This document shows, in pieces, positions 25,525-35,000 of a stretch of DNA of 64,000 bases (the stretch's first letter is position 1; each line of letters begins with the position of its first letter). The notes below the pieces were generated by a model. The model did not search any database. It had not been told where the DNA came from and saw only the letters and a program-made list of their open reading frames with translations. The translations under genes were made by a program, and so were the position numbers. The stretch is taken from NCBI GenBank assembly GCA_965242525.1, contig OZ251459.1, positions 160,001-224,000 on the forward strand, in the 5' to 3' direction. Origin of the DNA: an uncultured Candidatus Binatia bacterium. Its GTDB lineage: Bacteria > Desulfobacterota > Binatia > UBA9968 > JAJDTQ01.

Positions 25525-27066
25525 TCAGGCCTTGATCTTCATCTCTTCGAGCAGGATCTTCTCGTCCGGGCGCGGGTTCCAGTCGATGTTCCGGGCCGCG
25601 CCGTAGTGGTCGAACAGTTGGTACAGCGGGATCAGCGGCGCCTCGTCCATGATGACCTCGCTCATCTTCCGCAGGATGGACAAGCGCTTGGCTTCATCTG
25701 ATTCGGCCTGCTCCGCGTCCACCAGTTGGTCGAACTCGGCATGGCTGAAGTTGGTGCGCTTGGAGCCGCCGGTGCGGAAGTACTGGTACAGCGGCGTGTC
25801 CGCGTCCAGGACGCTGCCCCTGCCGATGTAGTAGAAGGGGACCTTGCCGCCGTTGACTCCGCCTCGGCCCCAGAAGACCACCCATTCCTGCGGCACGATC
25901 TCGACCCGGAACCCGCCCTTGGACATCTGGTTGGCCACCACCTGCACCAGTTCCGTGTCCTTCTCGTACTTGCCCGGCGAGAAGTGCAGCTTCACGTCCA
26001 CGCCGTCGGGATGGCCGGCCTTGGCCAGCAACTCCCTGGCCTTCCCGGGGTCGTAGGGGTAGCGCTTGACGTCGGGGTTGTAGCCGATGACGCGGGGTCC
26101 CACCGGTCCCTGGAGCACCTCGCCGTTGCCGTCGAAGATGTTCTTGACGATGGCGTCGGCGTCCACGCAGTGGTTGGCGGCCTGCCGCACCAGCTTGTTG
26201 TCCCAGGGCTTGTAGTTGACGTTGAAGGCGAAGAAGTAGATCCGCAGGCCGGGCACGCTGCGCACCCCGACCCGGGGATTGCGGTTGAGCCGCGCCACCT
26301 CGTGGACCGGCACCCGGTCCATGACGTCGGTCTGCCCGGCCTCCAGGCCGGCCATGCGCGACGAGACCTCCACCACCTTGCGCCACACCAAGTCCCGGAC
26401 CGCGGGTTTCCGTCCCCAGTAATCGTCGTTCCGGGTCAGCACCAATTCACCGTCGCGCTTGAAACTGACGAACTTGTAAGGCCCGGTGCCCGTGGGGTGC
26501 TTGTCCACGTCCTGGCCGTACTTGTCGGCCACGGCCTTGCTCATGACGAAACGGTTGCGCACGCCCCGGGACAGGAACGTCACCGAGGGCTTCTTGGTCA
26601 CCACCACCACCGTGTGCTCGTCCGGCGTCCGCACTTCCTGGACGTTCCGGAACGACCGCCGTTGCAGGCTCTTCTTGTCGTTCTTCATGCGGTCGATGGA
26701 GAACGCCACGTCCTCGGAGGTCAGGGAGCTGCCGTCGTGGAACCGGACGCCCTTGCGCAGCTTGAACTCCCATTCCTTGCCTCGGTACTCCCAGGACTCC
26801 GCCAGCCGTCCCACGAACCTGGCCTGCTGGTAGTCGAACTCCACCAGCGGCTCCATCATGTGCTGCCACACGCCGTACAGCGCGCCGCTGCTGTGGTCGT
26901 AGGGATGCAGGTTGTCGAGCCCGCTCGCGTTATAGACGATCACCCGGTCCCTGGACGCCGCCCACGCGAACCGGCCCAGCGAAGGATGCATCATGGCCGC
27001 AAGCCCTACTGCGGCGCCCCCCTTGAGCACGTCCCGACGACTGATGCGTTTCCTGTCGTCACTCAT
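25525..27066 (-). CDS. ABC transporter substrate-binding protein, family 5 (DppA/OppA-like), Tat-exported
   Basis: Twin-arginine signal SRRDVLK; LAESWE, LRKGVRFHDG, GTGPYKF, VRQA. Confidence 0.9.
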   Translation of the reverse strand: MSDDRKRISRRDVLKGGAAVGLAAMMHPSLGRFAWAASRDRVIVYNASGLDNLHPYDHSSGALYGVWQHMMEPLVEFDYQQARFVGRLAESWEYRGKEWEFKLRKGVRFHDGSSLTSEDVAFSIDRMKNDKKSLQRRSFRNVQEVRTPDEHTVVVVTKKPSVTFLSRGVRNRFVMSKAVADKYGQDVDKHPTGTGPYKFVSFKRDGELVLTRNDDYWGRKPAVRDLVWRKVVEVSSRMAGLEAGQTDVMDRVPVHEVARLNRNPRVGVRSVPGLRIYFFAFNVNYKPWDNKLVRQAANHCVDADAIVKNIFDGNGEVLQGPVGPRVIGYNPDVKRYPYDPGKARELLAKAGHPDGVDVKLHFSPGKYEKDTELVQVVANQMSKGGFRVEIVPQEWVVFWGRGGVNGGKVPFYYIGRGSVLDADTPLYQYFRTGGSKRTNFSHAEFDQLVDAEQAESDEAKRLSILRKMSEVIMDEAPLIPLYQLFDHYGAARNIDWNPRPDEKILLEEMKIKA

Positions 27067-27171
27067 ATTGTAACTCCTTTCTTCCTGGATTCCAGGTCCT
27101 GGTTGTGGCCTTCGTTGCAGGTTCCTTCAGGGTCTCGACCACCTGTGGCTGCGCGGCCTCCCCTTGCAGCC

Positions 27172-27459
27172 CTAGGCGATGTAGCCCCATTTGCGGAAGG
27201 TGGCTTGCAGTTCCGGATCGTCTCGGAACGCCTGGTAGTAGATATATTCCGGGGCCAGGTCCGTTCCGTTGGGCCAAACGATCGTCTGGAGTTCTTCGTC
27301 CACCCGGAACTTCCTGAACGCCTCCAGCTTCTTCAGCGGCTCGAACACCGGTCCCTCCAGCGCCTCCGTGAGGTCCGCGACGCCCTGGCGCCCGTCGTCG
27401 AAGCATACTTCCACCCTGTAGCCGTCGAGGGGTCTTGCCTTTGTCACGTGAAGGAACAT
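27172..27459 (-). CDS. DUF2442-domain protein (antitoxin-like), orphan
   Basis: LHVTKARPLDGYRVEVCFDDG...GPVFEPLK...TIVWPNGTDLAPEYIY. Confidence 0.8.
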   Translation of the reverse strand: MFLHVTKARPLDGYRVEVCFDDGRQGVADLTEALEGPVFEPLKKLEAFRKFRVDEELQTIVWPNGTDLAPEYIYYQAFRDDPELQATFRKWGYIA

Positions 27460-27563
27460 CGAAGTTGCATGGTGGAGCACGCCGCTTCGGGCCGCTCAAC
27501 TCAACAGGGTTGCTGGAAGCCTTCCGCCGAGTTCAGGCCGCTTATGTTGGCGATGGGCATGGC

Positions 27564-28652
27564 TCAGAACACTACGACGCCCCGGGCCGCTTCTCCCTGC
27601 TTCAGCCGTTCGACCCCTTCGTTGATCTCTTCGAGCTGGTAGCGGTGGGACACCAGCCGGTCCAGGTCCAGGCGTCCGGCTTGGTAATGCTGCACCATCC
27701 TGGGGATGTCGATGAGTTGGCGCGCGTTGCCGTAGCCCGTGCCGGTGAGGGTCTTCTGCTCGCGCACGAAGCGCAGGGGGTCGATGGACGCCCGGTGGTC
27801 CATGGGGGCCATTCCTACTACCACCACGGTCCCGCCCACCCGCGCGCATTCCAGCGCCTGTTCCACTGTGGGACCGAGGCCGATGGCCTCGAAGACGTAG
27901 TCGGCGCCGCCGTCGGTGATCTCGCGCACCCGCTTGGCCACGTCCTCGCGCGCGCCGTTGACCTTGTGGGTGGCGCCGAACTCCTGGGCGTATTCGAGCT
28001 TGCCGTCGAGGATGTCGATGGCGACGATGGCGCTGGCGCCCACCAGCCGCGCCCCTTGGACCACGTTCAGGCCCACGCCGCCGCAGCCGATGACCGCCAC
28101 CGTGTCCCCGGCTTCCACCCGTGCGGCGTTGGTGACGGAGCACACGCCGGTGGTGACGCAGCAGCCGATGAGGGCCGCCACCTCCGGGGGAACGTCCCCG
28201 GTGACCGGGATGGCCTGCTCCGCCGGACACACCACCTGCTCGGCCCAGGTCCCGAGCCGCGCCGAGACGAACAGCGGCTGCCCCTTGAGGCTCACCCGGG
28301 CGGTGCCGTCGTGCATGAGCTGGCGCGGGGAGTCGTGGCCGTTGCACAGCACCGGGATGCCGCGCACGCAGTTCCTGCACCGGCCGCAGTTGGGACGGAA
28401 GGAGAGGATGACGTTGTCGCCGGGCTTCACGTGGTCCACGCCGGCGCCCACCGCTTCGACCGTGCCCGCGCCCTCGTGGCCCAGGATCGCCGGGGTCCGG
28501 TTGTCCCACTCGCCCTTGATGTTGTGCAGGTCGCTGTGGCAGATGCCCGTGGCGCCGATGCGAACCTGCACCTCGCGTTCCCGGGGTCCCTCGACGTCCA
28601 CCTCTTCGACCGCCAGGGGCGTGTTCGTCCCCGTCAGGACCGCGGCTTTCAT
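27564..28652 (-). CDS. Zn-dependent alcohol dehydrogenase (class III-like MDR)
   Basis: GICHSD, GHEGAG, CGRCRNC...C, GCGGVG. Confidence 0.92.
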   Translation of the reverse strand: MKAAVLTGTNTPLAVEEVDVEGPREREVQVRIGATGICHSDLHNIKGEWDNRTPAILGHEGAGTVEAVGAGVDHVKPGDNVILSFRPNCGRCRNCVRGIPVLCNGHDSPRQLMHDGTARVSLKGQPLFVSARLGTWAEQVVCPAEQAIPVTGDVPPEVAALIGCCVTTGVCSVTNAARVEAGDTVAVIGCGGVGLNVVQGARLVGASAIVAIDILDGKLEYAQEFGATHKVNGAREDVAKRVREITDGGADYVFEAIGLGPTVEQALECARVGGTVVVVGMAPMDHRASIDPLRFVREQKTLTGTGYGNARQLIDIPRMVQHYQAGRLDLDRLVSHRYQLEEINEGVERLKQGEAARGVVVF

Positions 28653-28701
28653 GCGCGCGCCTCCGCCTGCGTCACGAACGGGACTCCGGCCGCGGCGTTC
28701 C

Positions 28702-30243
28702 TCACTCGGTGATCCTCATCTCCCAGGTGCGGATGCGCTCGTCGGAACGGGGCGACCACTCGATGTTGGCCGCGGAGCCGTAGATGTCCGCCAGGTTCCA
28801 CAACGGCACCCACGGGGAGTCTTCCTTCAGGATACGGCCCGCCTGGTGCAGCAGCTTCGCCCGCTTCGCGGGGTCGGCTTCCGCCTGCTCCGCGTCCATG
28901 AGCTTGTCGAACTCCGGGTTGCTGTATGAGATCCGCGGGCTCATGCCGGTCTTGAAGTACTGTTCCAGGTGGGTGTGGACGTCGATGACGCCGCCGCGTC
29001 CGATGTAGTAGAACGGGGTCTTGCCGCCGTTGACCCCGGACTTGCCCCAGAACACCCCCCATTCCTGGGACACGAGCTCCACGTCGAAGCCCCCTTGCTT
29101 CATCTGGCCGGCAATGGCCTGGAGCACCTCGTTGTCCTTGGGATACCGTCCCCCGGAATAGTAGAGTTTCACGGACACGCCGTCCGGGTGCCCGGCCTTG
29201 GCCAGCAGTTCCCGGGCCTTCTTCGGGTCGTAGGGATAGCGCTTGGCGTCGGGGTCGTAGCCGATGGTCTGCGGCCCGCCGGCGCCCTCCACCACGAAAC
29301 CGGCGCCGTCGAAGATGTTCTTGACGATGGAGTAGGCGTCCACCGAGTAGTTGGCGGCCTGCCGCACCAGCTTGTCGTCCCAGGGCTCGAACGCCTGGTT
29401 GATGGCCAGGAAATAGATGCGCGACCCCGGCACCGACTTGATGTTGATCCTGGGGTTCTTGGAGAGGCGCGCCACGTCGTGGGCCGGCACCGCGTTGATG
29501 ACGTCCACCTGCCCGGATTCGAGGGCCGCCACCCGCGCCGCCTCTTCGGTGACCTTCCGCCACACCAGGGTCTTGACCTGCGGCTTGACCGCGCCCCAGT
29601 AGGCGTCGTTGCGCTCCAGCACCAGGTCGCCGTCGCGCTTGAAGCTCACGAACCGGTAGGGTCCGGTGCCGGTCGGATGCTTGTCCACGTCCTCGCCGTG
29701 CCTGTCCGCGGCCGCCTTGCTCATGATGAAGCGGCTCTGGAGCTTGTCCAGGAACACGACGTTGGGCTTGTCGGTGACCAGCACCACGGTATGGTCGTCC
29801 GGCGTCCTCATCTCCACCAGTTCCCGCAACTGGCGCCTCTGGCGGCTCTTCTTGTCCGCTTTGACGCGGTTGAAGGAATACACCACGTCCTTGGACGTGA
29901 ACGGCGAACCGTCGTGGAACTGGATGCCCTTGCGCAGCTTGAAGACCCATTCCTTGCCCTTGAACTCCCAGGACTCGGCGAGCTTCGGCACGTACTGCTT
30001 GCGCTTCTGATCGACTTCCACCAGCGGCTCCATGATGTGCTCCCAGATGCCGTAGGCCGGGCTCAGGCTGTGGGCATAGGGATTGAGGGAGTCGATGCTG
30101 CCGGCGTGGTAGATGACCACCCGCTCCTTGGAGGCGGCCCAGGCCGCCCCTGACGCGAGCACGCCCAGGACCAGCGCCGAGGCTGCAAGCAGCATCCACG
30201 CCCTTTGCCGTGGTTTCTCGTGGGAAAGCATTCGAGGTTTCAT
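28702..30243 (-). CDS. ABC transporter substrate-binding protein, family 5 (paralog of 25525..27066)
   Basis: Signal peptide ending AAWAA; LAESWE, LRKGIQFHDG, GTGPYRF; colinear similarity with the downstream SBP. Confidence 0.9.
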   Translation of the reverse strand: MKPRMLSHEKPRQRAWMLLAASALVLGVLASGAAWAASKERVVIYHAGSIDSLNPYAHSLSPAYGIWEHIMEPLVEVDQKRKQYVPKLAESWEFKGKEWVFKLRKGIQFHDGSPFTSKDVVYSFNRVKADKKSRQRRQLRELVEMRTPDDHTVVLVTDKPNVVFLDKLQSRFIMSKAAADRHGEDVDKHPTGTGPYRFVSFKRDGDLVLERNDAYWGAVKPQVKTLVWRKVTEEAARVAALESGQVDVINAVPAHDVARLSKNPRINIKSVPGSRIYFLAINQAFEPWDDKLVRQAANYSVDAYSIVKNIFDGAGFVVEGAGGPQTIGYDPDAKRYPYDPKKARELLAKAGHPDGVSVKLYYSGGRYPKDNEVLQAIAGQMKQGGFDVELVSQEWGVFWGKSGVNGGKTPFYYIGRGGVIDVHTHLEQYFKTGMSPRISYSNPEFDKLMDAEQAEADPAKRAKLLHQAGRILKEDSPWVPLWNLADIYGSAANIEWSPRSDERIRTWEMRITE

Positions 30244-30403
30244 GGGGGAGTCCTCCTTCCGGAACCCGAACCCGTCGCGGGTCCGTACCCGCGATACATA
30301 GGAAATTGTCCCGTGGAAAGTCAACCGGAAAGTCACCGGGCGCCCTGTCCCCGAGCGCACGGCCGCGGGATTGACCTTCACCCGCGAGGTCGATATGGGT
30401 AAG

Positions 30404-30664
30404 GGAACGTCTGGACAATCGAGACATGGAGGGTGGATTCCCTCGCTCGACCTTCCTGTCAAGGGTCTTGGAGCAGGCGCCATTGACAGGAAAGGAACCG
30501 GGGTGAAGGGCCTGTAGCCTGTGAACAGGGGCGGCTACCGCGCTATCATACGTCCTTGTAGCGGCAGCTACTCCAGGATCCGCAATATTCCCGTTCGTCC
30601 TGAGCGTAGCGAAGCGAAGTCGAAGGGCGCGCTCATGCCCTCTGCCCAATCGTTCGGAGTCTCC
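30404..30664 (-). mobile_element. Inverted, longer (261 bp) copy of the MITE-like element
   Basis: GGAACGTCTGGACAATCGAGA matches the reverse complement of the right end; 30591-30664 matches the reverse complement of the left end plus REP; about 120 extra internal bases. Confidence 0.6.
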
Positions 30665-30713
30665 TGATGTTCGCGCGCCGGCGTCCGCCGGCAGCCGCGA
30701 GTGGAGGTGTCCC

Positions 30714-32366
30714 ATGCCCCGAAACCACCTGCCGTATCCCGACACGGCGTTCGTCAACGGTAAGGTCCGCACGTTCGCGGCCGGGACGCAAACGGCGCAA
30801 ACGGTCCAGGCGGTGGCCTGCTCTGGCGGGCGCATCGCCGCGGTGGGGACATCGGACGAAGTCCTGCGGCTGTGCGGCGCCGATACCCGGGAAGTGGACC
30901 TCGGGGGCCGCACCGCGGTCCCCGGACTCACCGACGCCCACGTCCATCTGGCGGACAAGGGACTGGCCGAGCGGGAACTCGTGGACTGCCGGGACTTCTA
31001 CGGCCCGGTTGCGAGCATCGCCGACGTCCTGGCCCGGCTGTCCAGACAGGCCGCGGACACCCCGGCCGGCCGCTGGGTGGTGGGGCAGGGCAGCCCCATG
31101 CAGGACTTCCGCATGGCGGACAAGCGCTTCCCCGACCGGAACGACCTGGACGCCGCGGTCCCGGACCACCCGGTGTCGCTCTCCTTCGGCGCCCACGTGA
31201 CCGTGGCCAACAGCCGGGCCCTGGCCTTGGCGGGGATCGACCGGGAGACGCCGGACCCGGCCGGCGGCTCCATCGAGCGGGACCCTGGCGCCGGCGAACC
31301 CACCGGCGTCCTGCACGAGCGCGCCCAGCTCATGGTGGCCGGCGTGACCCCGGACTTCGACGCGGCCCAACGGAAGCAGGGCATCGCGTACGCGGTGCAA
31401 CAGAGCCTCGAACGGGGCGTGACCACCATCCACGACATCGTGAAGGACCCGGCCGCGGTGCGCGCCTACCAGGAGTTGGCGCGGGAAGGCGGACTGCACA
31501 TGCGGGTGAGCCTGCTGCTGCGGGTCATCGAGTCCGCCATGAGCACGGACAGCGTGCTGGAGACGGGCCTGCAGACCGGCTTCGGCAACGAGTGGCTGCG
31601 GGTGGGCGGCGTGAAGATGAGCATCGACGGCGGCATCACCGGCAGGAACGCGCTCTTCTACGAACCCTACCTGGACGCGCCGGGGCACCGCGGCCTCATC
31701 CGCATCCGGCAGGACGAGCTGGACGAGACCGTGGCCCGGTGCCACCGGGCGGGCCTCCGGTGCTGCGTGCACGCCATCGGCGACCGCGCCTTCGACATGG
31801 CGCTGGAGGCCTACGAGAAAGCGCTGCGCACGTCTCCCAAGGACGACCACCGCCACCGCATCGAGCACATGGGCAACTGGCTCATGTCCCCGGAGCGCAT
31901 CGAGAAGCTGGTGCGCATGGGCATCGTGGCCATCCCCAACATTTCCCTGGGTTACTTCGTCGGGGACTCCATCCGGGAGTCCATCGGCGCCCATCGTCTG
32001 GCGGGCGCGTTCCCGTTCAAGACGCTGCTGGCTGCGGGCGTGAAGATGGCGGGCGGCTCCGACGCCCCCGGGTACTGGCCGGTGGACCCGTTGCGCGACA
32101 TCGGCGCCTACGTCTCGCGCCGGACCCTGTGGGGCGAGACCCTCGTGCCGGAGGAGGCCCTGGGCGTGCGCCAAGCCTTCGAGCTGCACACCACCCACGC
32201 CGCGTTCGCCGGTTTCGAGGAAGACCGCAAGGGGACCCTGGAAGTGGGCAAGCTCGCCGACATGGCGGTGCTGGCGGAAGACCCCTTCGAGACGCCCCCG
32301 GAACGGATCAAGGACCTGAAGGTGGAGATGACGGTGGTGGGCGGCGAGGTCAAGTACCAGGCATGA
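30714..32366 (+). CDS. Amidohydrolase 3 (YtcJ-like) metal-dependent hydrolase
   Basis: VPGLTDAHVH, KMSIDG, HAIGD, RHRIEH, GSD, GTLEVGKLAD. Confidence 0.9.
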   Translation: MPRNHLPYPDTAFVNGKVRTFAAGTQTAQTVQAVACSGGRIAAVGTSDEVLRLCGADTREVDLGGRTAVPGLTDAHVHLADKGLAERELVDCRDFYGPVASIADVLARLSRQAADTPAGRWVVGQGSPMQDFRMADKRFPDRNDLDAAVPDHPVSLSFGAHVTVANSRALALAGIDRETPDPAGGSIERDPGAGEPTGVLHERAQLMVAGVTPDFDAAQRKQGIAYAVQQSLERGVTTIHDIVKDPAAVRAYQELAREGGLHMRVSLLLRVIESAMSTDSVLETGLQTGFGNEWLRVGGVKMSIDGGITGRNALFYEPYLDAPGHRGLIRIRQDELDETVARCHRAGLRCCVHAIGDRAFDMALEAYEKALRTSPKDDHRHRIEHMGNWLMSPERIEKLVRMGIVAIPNISLGYFVGDSIRESIGAHRLAGAFPFKTLLAAGVKMAGGSDAPGYWPVDPLRDIGAYVSRRTLWGETLVPEEALGVRQAFELHTTHAAFAGFEEDRKGTLEVGKLADMAVLAEDPFETPPERIKDLKVEMTVVGGEVKYQA

Positions 32367-32387
32367 TGCGGGAGCGGCGCGGTTCGG

Positions 32388-35000
32388 TCAGCCGGAGCCT
32401 CCGGGAGCGCTCGCCCGGTCCAACGGGAACTCGGCGCTGCCGGCGTGCAGCGTGCGCCTGACGCCTTGGATCACCACGTCCAGAGGCGCCCCGGACTCCT
32501 CATCGTCCAGTGAGATGCGCACGCGGGCGCGGGTCAGGTCCAGGGCCAGCCGCCGCCCCCTGTACAGGAACCCCAGCCGCAAACCGGGCAGCTCCTCGGG
32601 CAGGCAGGGGTCGAGGCTCAGGGTCTCTCCCATCGTGTCGATGCCGGCGTAGCGGCTCAGCACCAGGTCGTCGATCCCGCCCATGGCCCCCAGGTGGACG
32701 CCTTCGGGCGTGGTGCCGCCCTGGATGTCCGCCACGTCGCTCTGCAGCGCCTCCCGGAAGTAGCGCCAGGACGTCCGGGGGTCGGACCGGGCCGTTACCG
32801 CGGCGTGGACCACCCGGCTCAGGGTGGAGCCGTGGGAGGTGCGCGCTGTGTAGTAATCCACCGTCCTGCGGATGGTGCCATCGTCCAGGTCGTAACCCAG
32901 TTGCCGGAACAGGGCTTGGAGATACTCGGTCCGCAGCAGGTAGAACAGCATGAGCACGTCCGCCTGCTTCGACACCTTGTAGCGGTTGGTGGAGTCGCCC
33001 TCCGCCTCCAGGATGCGGTCCAGCCGCTCGATGTTGCCGTACTTCTCGCGGCAGCCGCGCCAATCGAACTCCTCCAGTTCGTCGTAGCCCTCGAACTGGC
33101 TGACGACGCCCTCGCCGTGGAACGGCACCGTCATCTTCCGGGTCATGTCCCGCCACCGCCGGAGGTCTTCCGGGCCGAGGCCGATCTCGCCGGAGAGTTC
33201 CGCCCGCCGGCCCTCTCCGAGCAGCGCGAGCACGTCCAGGGCCCGTTCCAGCAGCCACGCCACCATCACGTTGGTGTAGGCGTTGTTCCTCAAGCCGCCG
33301 GCGTCCGAGTCCGGATAGCGGTCGTGGTACTCGTCCGGCCCCATCACCCCGGTGATCTCGTAGCGCTGCGCGTCTTCGTTCCACCGGGCGAGGCTGGCCC
33401 AGAAGCGTGCGATCTCCAGGATCATCTCGGCGCCGTAGCGCTCCATGAAGTCCCGGTCCCCGGTGGTGCGCCAGTAGCGCCAGAGGTTGTAGGCGATGGC
33501 GATGTTCACGTGCCGCTGGCGATGGCTGTGGTCCTCCAGCCAGCGCCCGGAAACGGGGTTCAGGTGCAGCTTCTGGGTCTCCTCCGAGCCTTCGCTGCCG
33601 CTCTGCCAGGGGTACATGGCGCCGTCGAGGCCCTCCTCCCGGGCCGCCCTCCGCGCCGCGTCGAGCCGGTGGTAGCGGTACAGCAGCAGGGTCCGGGCGA
33701 TCTCGGGCGTTCGCGCCATGGAGGAGAACAGGATGTAGAGTTCGTCCCAGAAGACGTGGCCCCGGTACGCCTCGCCGTGCAGTCCCCGGGCCGGCGCCCC
33801 CACGTCCAGACCGACGGTGTTGGGAGACATGACCTGCAACAGGTGGAAGAGGTGCAGGCGCAGGATCTTCTGTTCCTCCGGCCGGTCCGGCAACTCCACG
33901 TCGCACCGGCGCCACAGGGAACGCCACGCCTTGGAGTGGGATTCCAGCAACTCGCCGAAGCGGCCGCATTCGGCCACCGCCATGCGGGCGGCGTGCCCGC
34001 ATTCGGCCACGGCCCGGTCCCGGGACGAGTACAGGGCCACCGCCTTCTCCACGGCCACGGCCCGGCCCGGCTCCAGGGCCACCGTGACCTCCTGGGCGAT
34101 GGCTTCCGGTTCCTCGACGGTGCGCCGGCGGTCCTCCGCGAGCCTCTCGTCATGGGATGACGGCCCGTTCGGGTTGCCGTCTTCCTTCGGTTCCTTCTCC
34201 GCCGCTTCGGTCCTCGCCTTTTCCTCGGACGCGGTCGAATCCTCGAAGCTCGGCTCGGATGCCGCGTCCACGGTCTCCCGGTCCGGGCTTCCCGTCGAAT
34301 CCTCGAAACGCTCGAAACTCGGCTCGGAGTCCTCCTCTTTCGGCCGGTACAGCCGCGTGGCCGCGGCCAGCGCCACCCGTATACGCGACTGGCTGGTCTG
34401 GGCCACAAGGTACGTTCCGTCCGGTCCCGCGGCCCCCTTTTCGAGCACTTCCAGGTGCTTCGAGTTGAGGTCTCGGTAACGGGGCACGCCGGAGTTGACC
34501 ACCGCGCCGTCCAGGGCCCACCGAAGGGTGGCGGTCCCGGACCAGTTCTCCGCTTGCAGGGTCATCTCCAGGGCAGCCAGGTGACGCTGCTTCATGTGCA
34601 CGAGCCGCCGGCTCCGGACGGTGGTGACGCGGCCCGCCCGGTCGCGGAACCGCACCCGCCGCGTGAGCACGCCGTTGCGGAAATCCAGCTCCTGCCGGTA
34701 GGCCAGGATCTCCACCGAGGAGAGGTCGAACCAGGGACCGTCCTCCAGGCGAAAGCCGAGGCACAACCAGTTGGGCAGGTTCACCAAGTCTTCGTTCACC
34801 ACCACCCGGCCCCCCACCGCGGTTTCCAGCCGGTTGTAGCACCCCGCCAGATAGGTCCCGGGGTAGTGGACGTGGTCGGCCCGGGCCTCCTCCGCGGCCC
34901 CGCGGGCGGCGAAGTACCCGTTGCCGAGGGTGCACAGGGCCTCCCGCAAGCCCTGCCGGCCCGGGTCGAAGCCGTCGTATGCCAAAGTCCATTCACTCAC
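32388..35000 (-). CDS. Glycoside hydrolase family 65 (trehalose/maltose phosphorylase or hydrolase-like)
   Basis: REALCTLGNGY, ARGLHGEAYRGHVFWDE, GAMYPWQS, GPDEYH, KQADVLML, HGSTLS. GTG start at 35000 overlaps the upstream stop (GTGA). Confidence 0.9.
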   Translation of the reverse strand: MSEWTLAYDGFDPGRQGLREALCTLGNGYFAARGAAEEARADHVHYPGTYLAGCYNRLETAVGGRVVVNEDLVNLPNWLCLGFRLEDGPWFDLSSVEILAYRQELDFRNGVLTRRVRFRDRAGRVTTVRSRRLVHMKQRHLAALEMTLQAENWSGTATLRWALDGAVVNSGVPRYRDLNSKHLEVLEKGAAGPDGTYLVAQTSQSRIRVALAAATRLYRPKEEDSEPSFERFEDSTGSPDRETVDAASEPSFEDSTASEEKARTEAAEKEPKEDGNPNGPSSHDERLAEDRRRTVEEPEAIAQEVTVALEPGRAVAVEKAVALYSSRDRAVAECGHAARMAVAECGRFGELLESHSKAWRSLWRRCDVELPDRPEEQKILRLHLFHLLQVMSPNTVGLDVGAPARGLHGEAYRGHVFWDELYILFSSMARTPEIARTLLLYRYHRLDAARRAAREEGLDGAMYPWQSGSEGSEETQKLHLNPVSGRWLEDHSHRQRHVNIAIAYNLWRYWRTTGDRDFMERYGAEMILEIARFWASLARWNEDAQRYEITGVMGPDEYHDRYPDSDAGGLRNNAYTNVMVAWLLERALDVLALLGEGRRAELSGEIGLGPEDLRRWRDMTRKMTVPFHGEGVVSQFEGYDELEEFDWRGCREKYGNIERLDRILEAEGDSTNRYKVSKQADVLMLFYLLRTEYLQALFRQLGYDLDDGTIRRTVDYYTARTSHGSTLSRVVHAAVTARSDPRTSWRYFREALQSDVADIQGGTTPEGVHLGAMGGIDDLVLSRYAGIDTMGETLSLDPCLPEELPGLRLGFLYRGRRLALDLTRARVRISLDDEESGAPLDVVIQGVRRTLHAGSAEFPLDRASAPGGSG

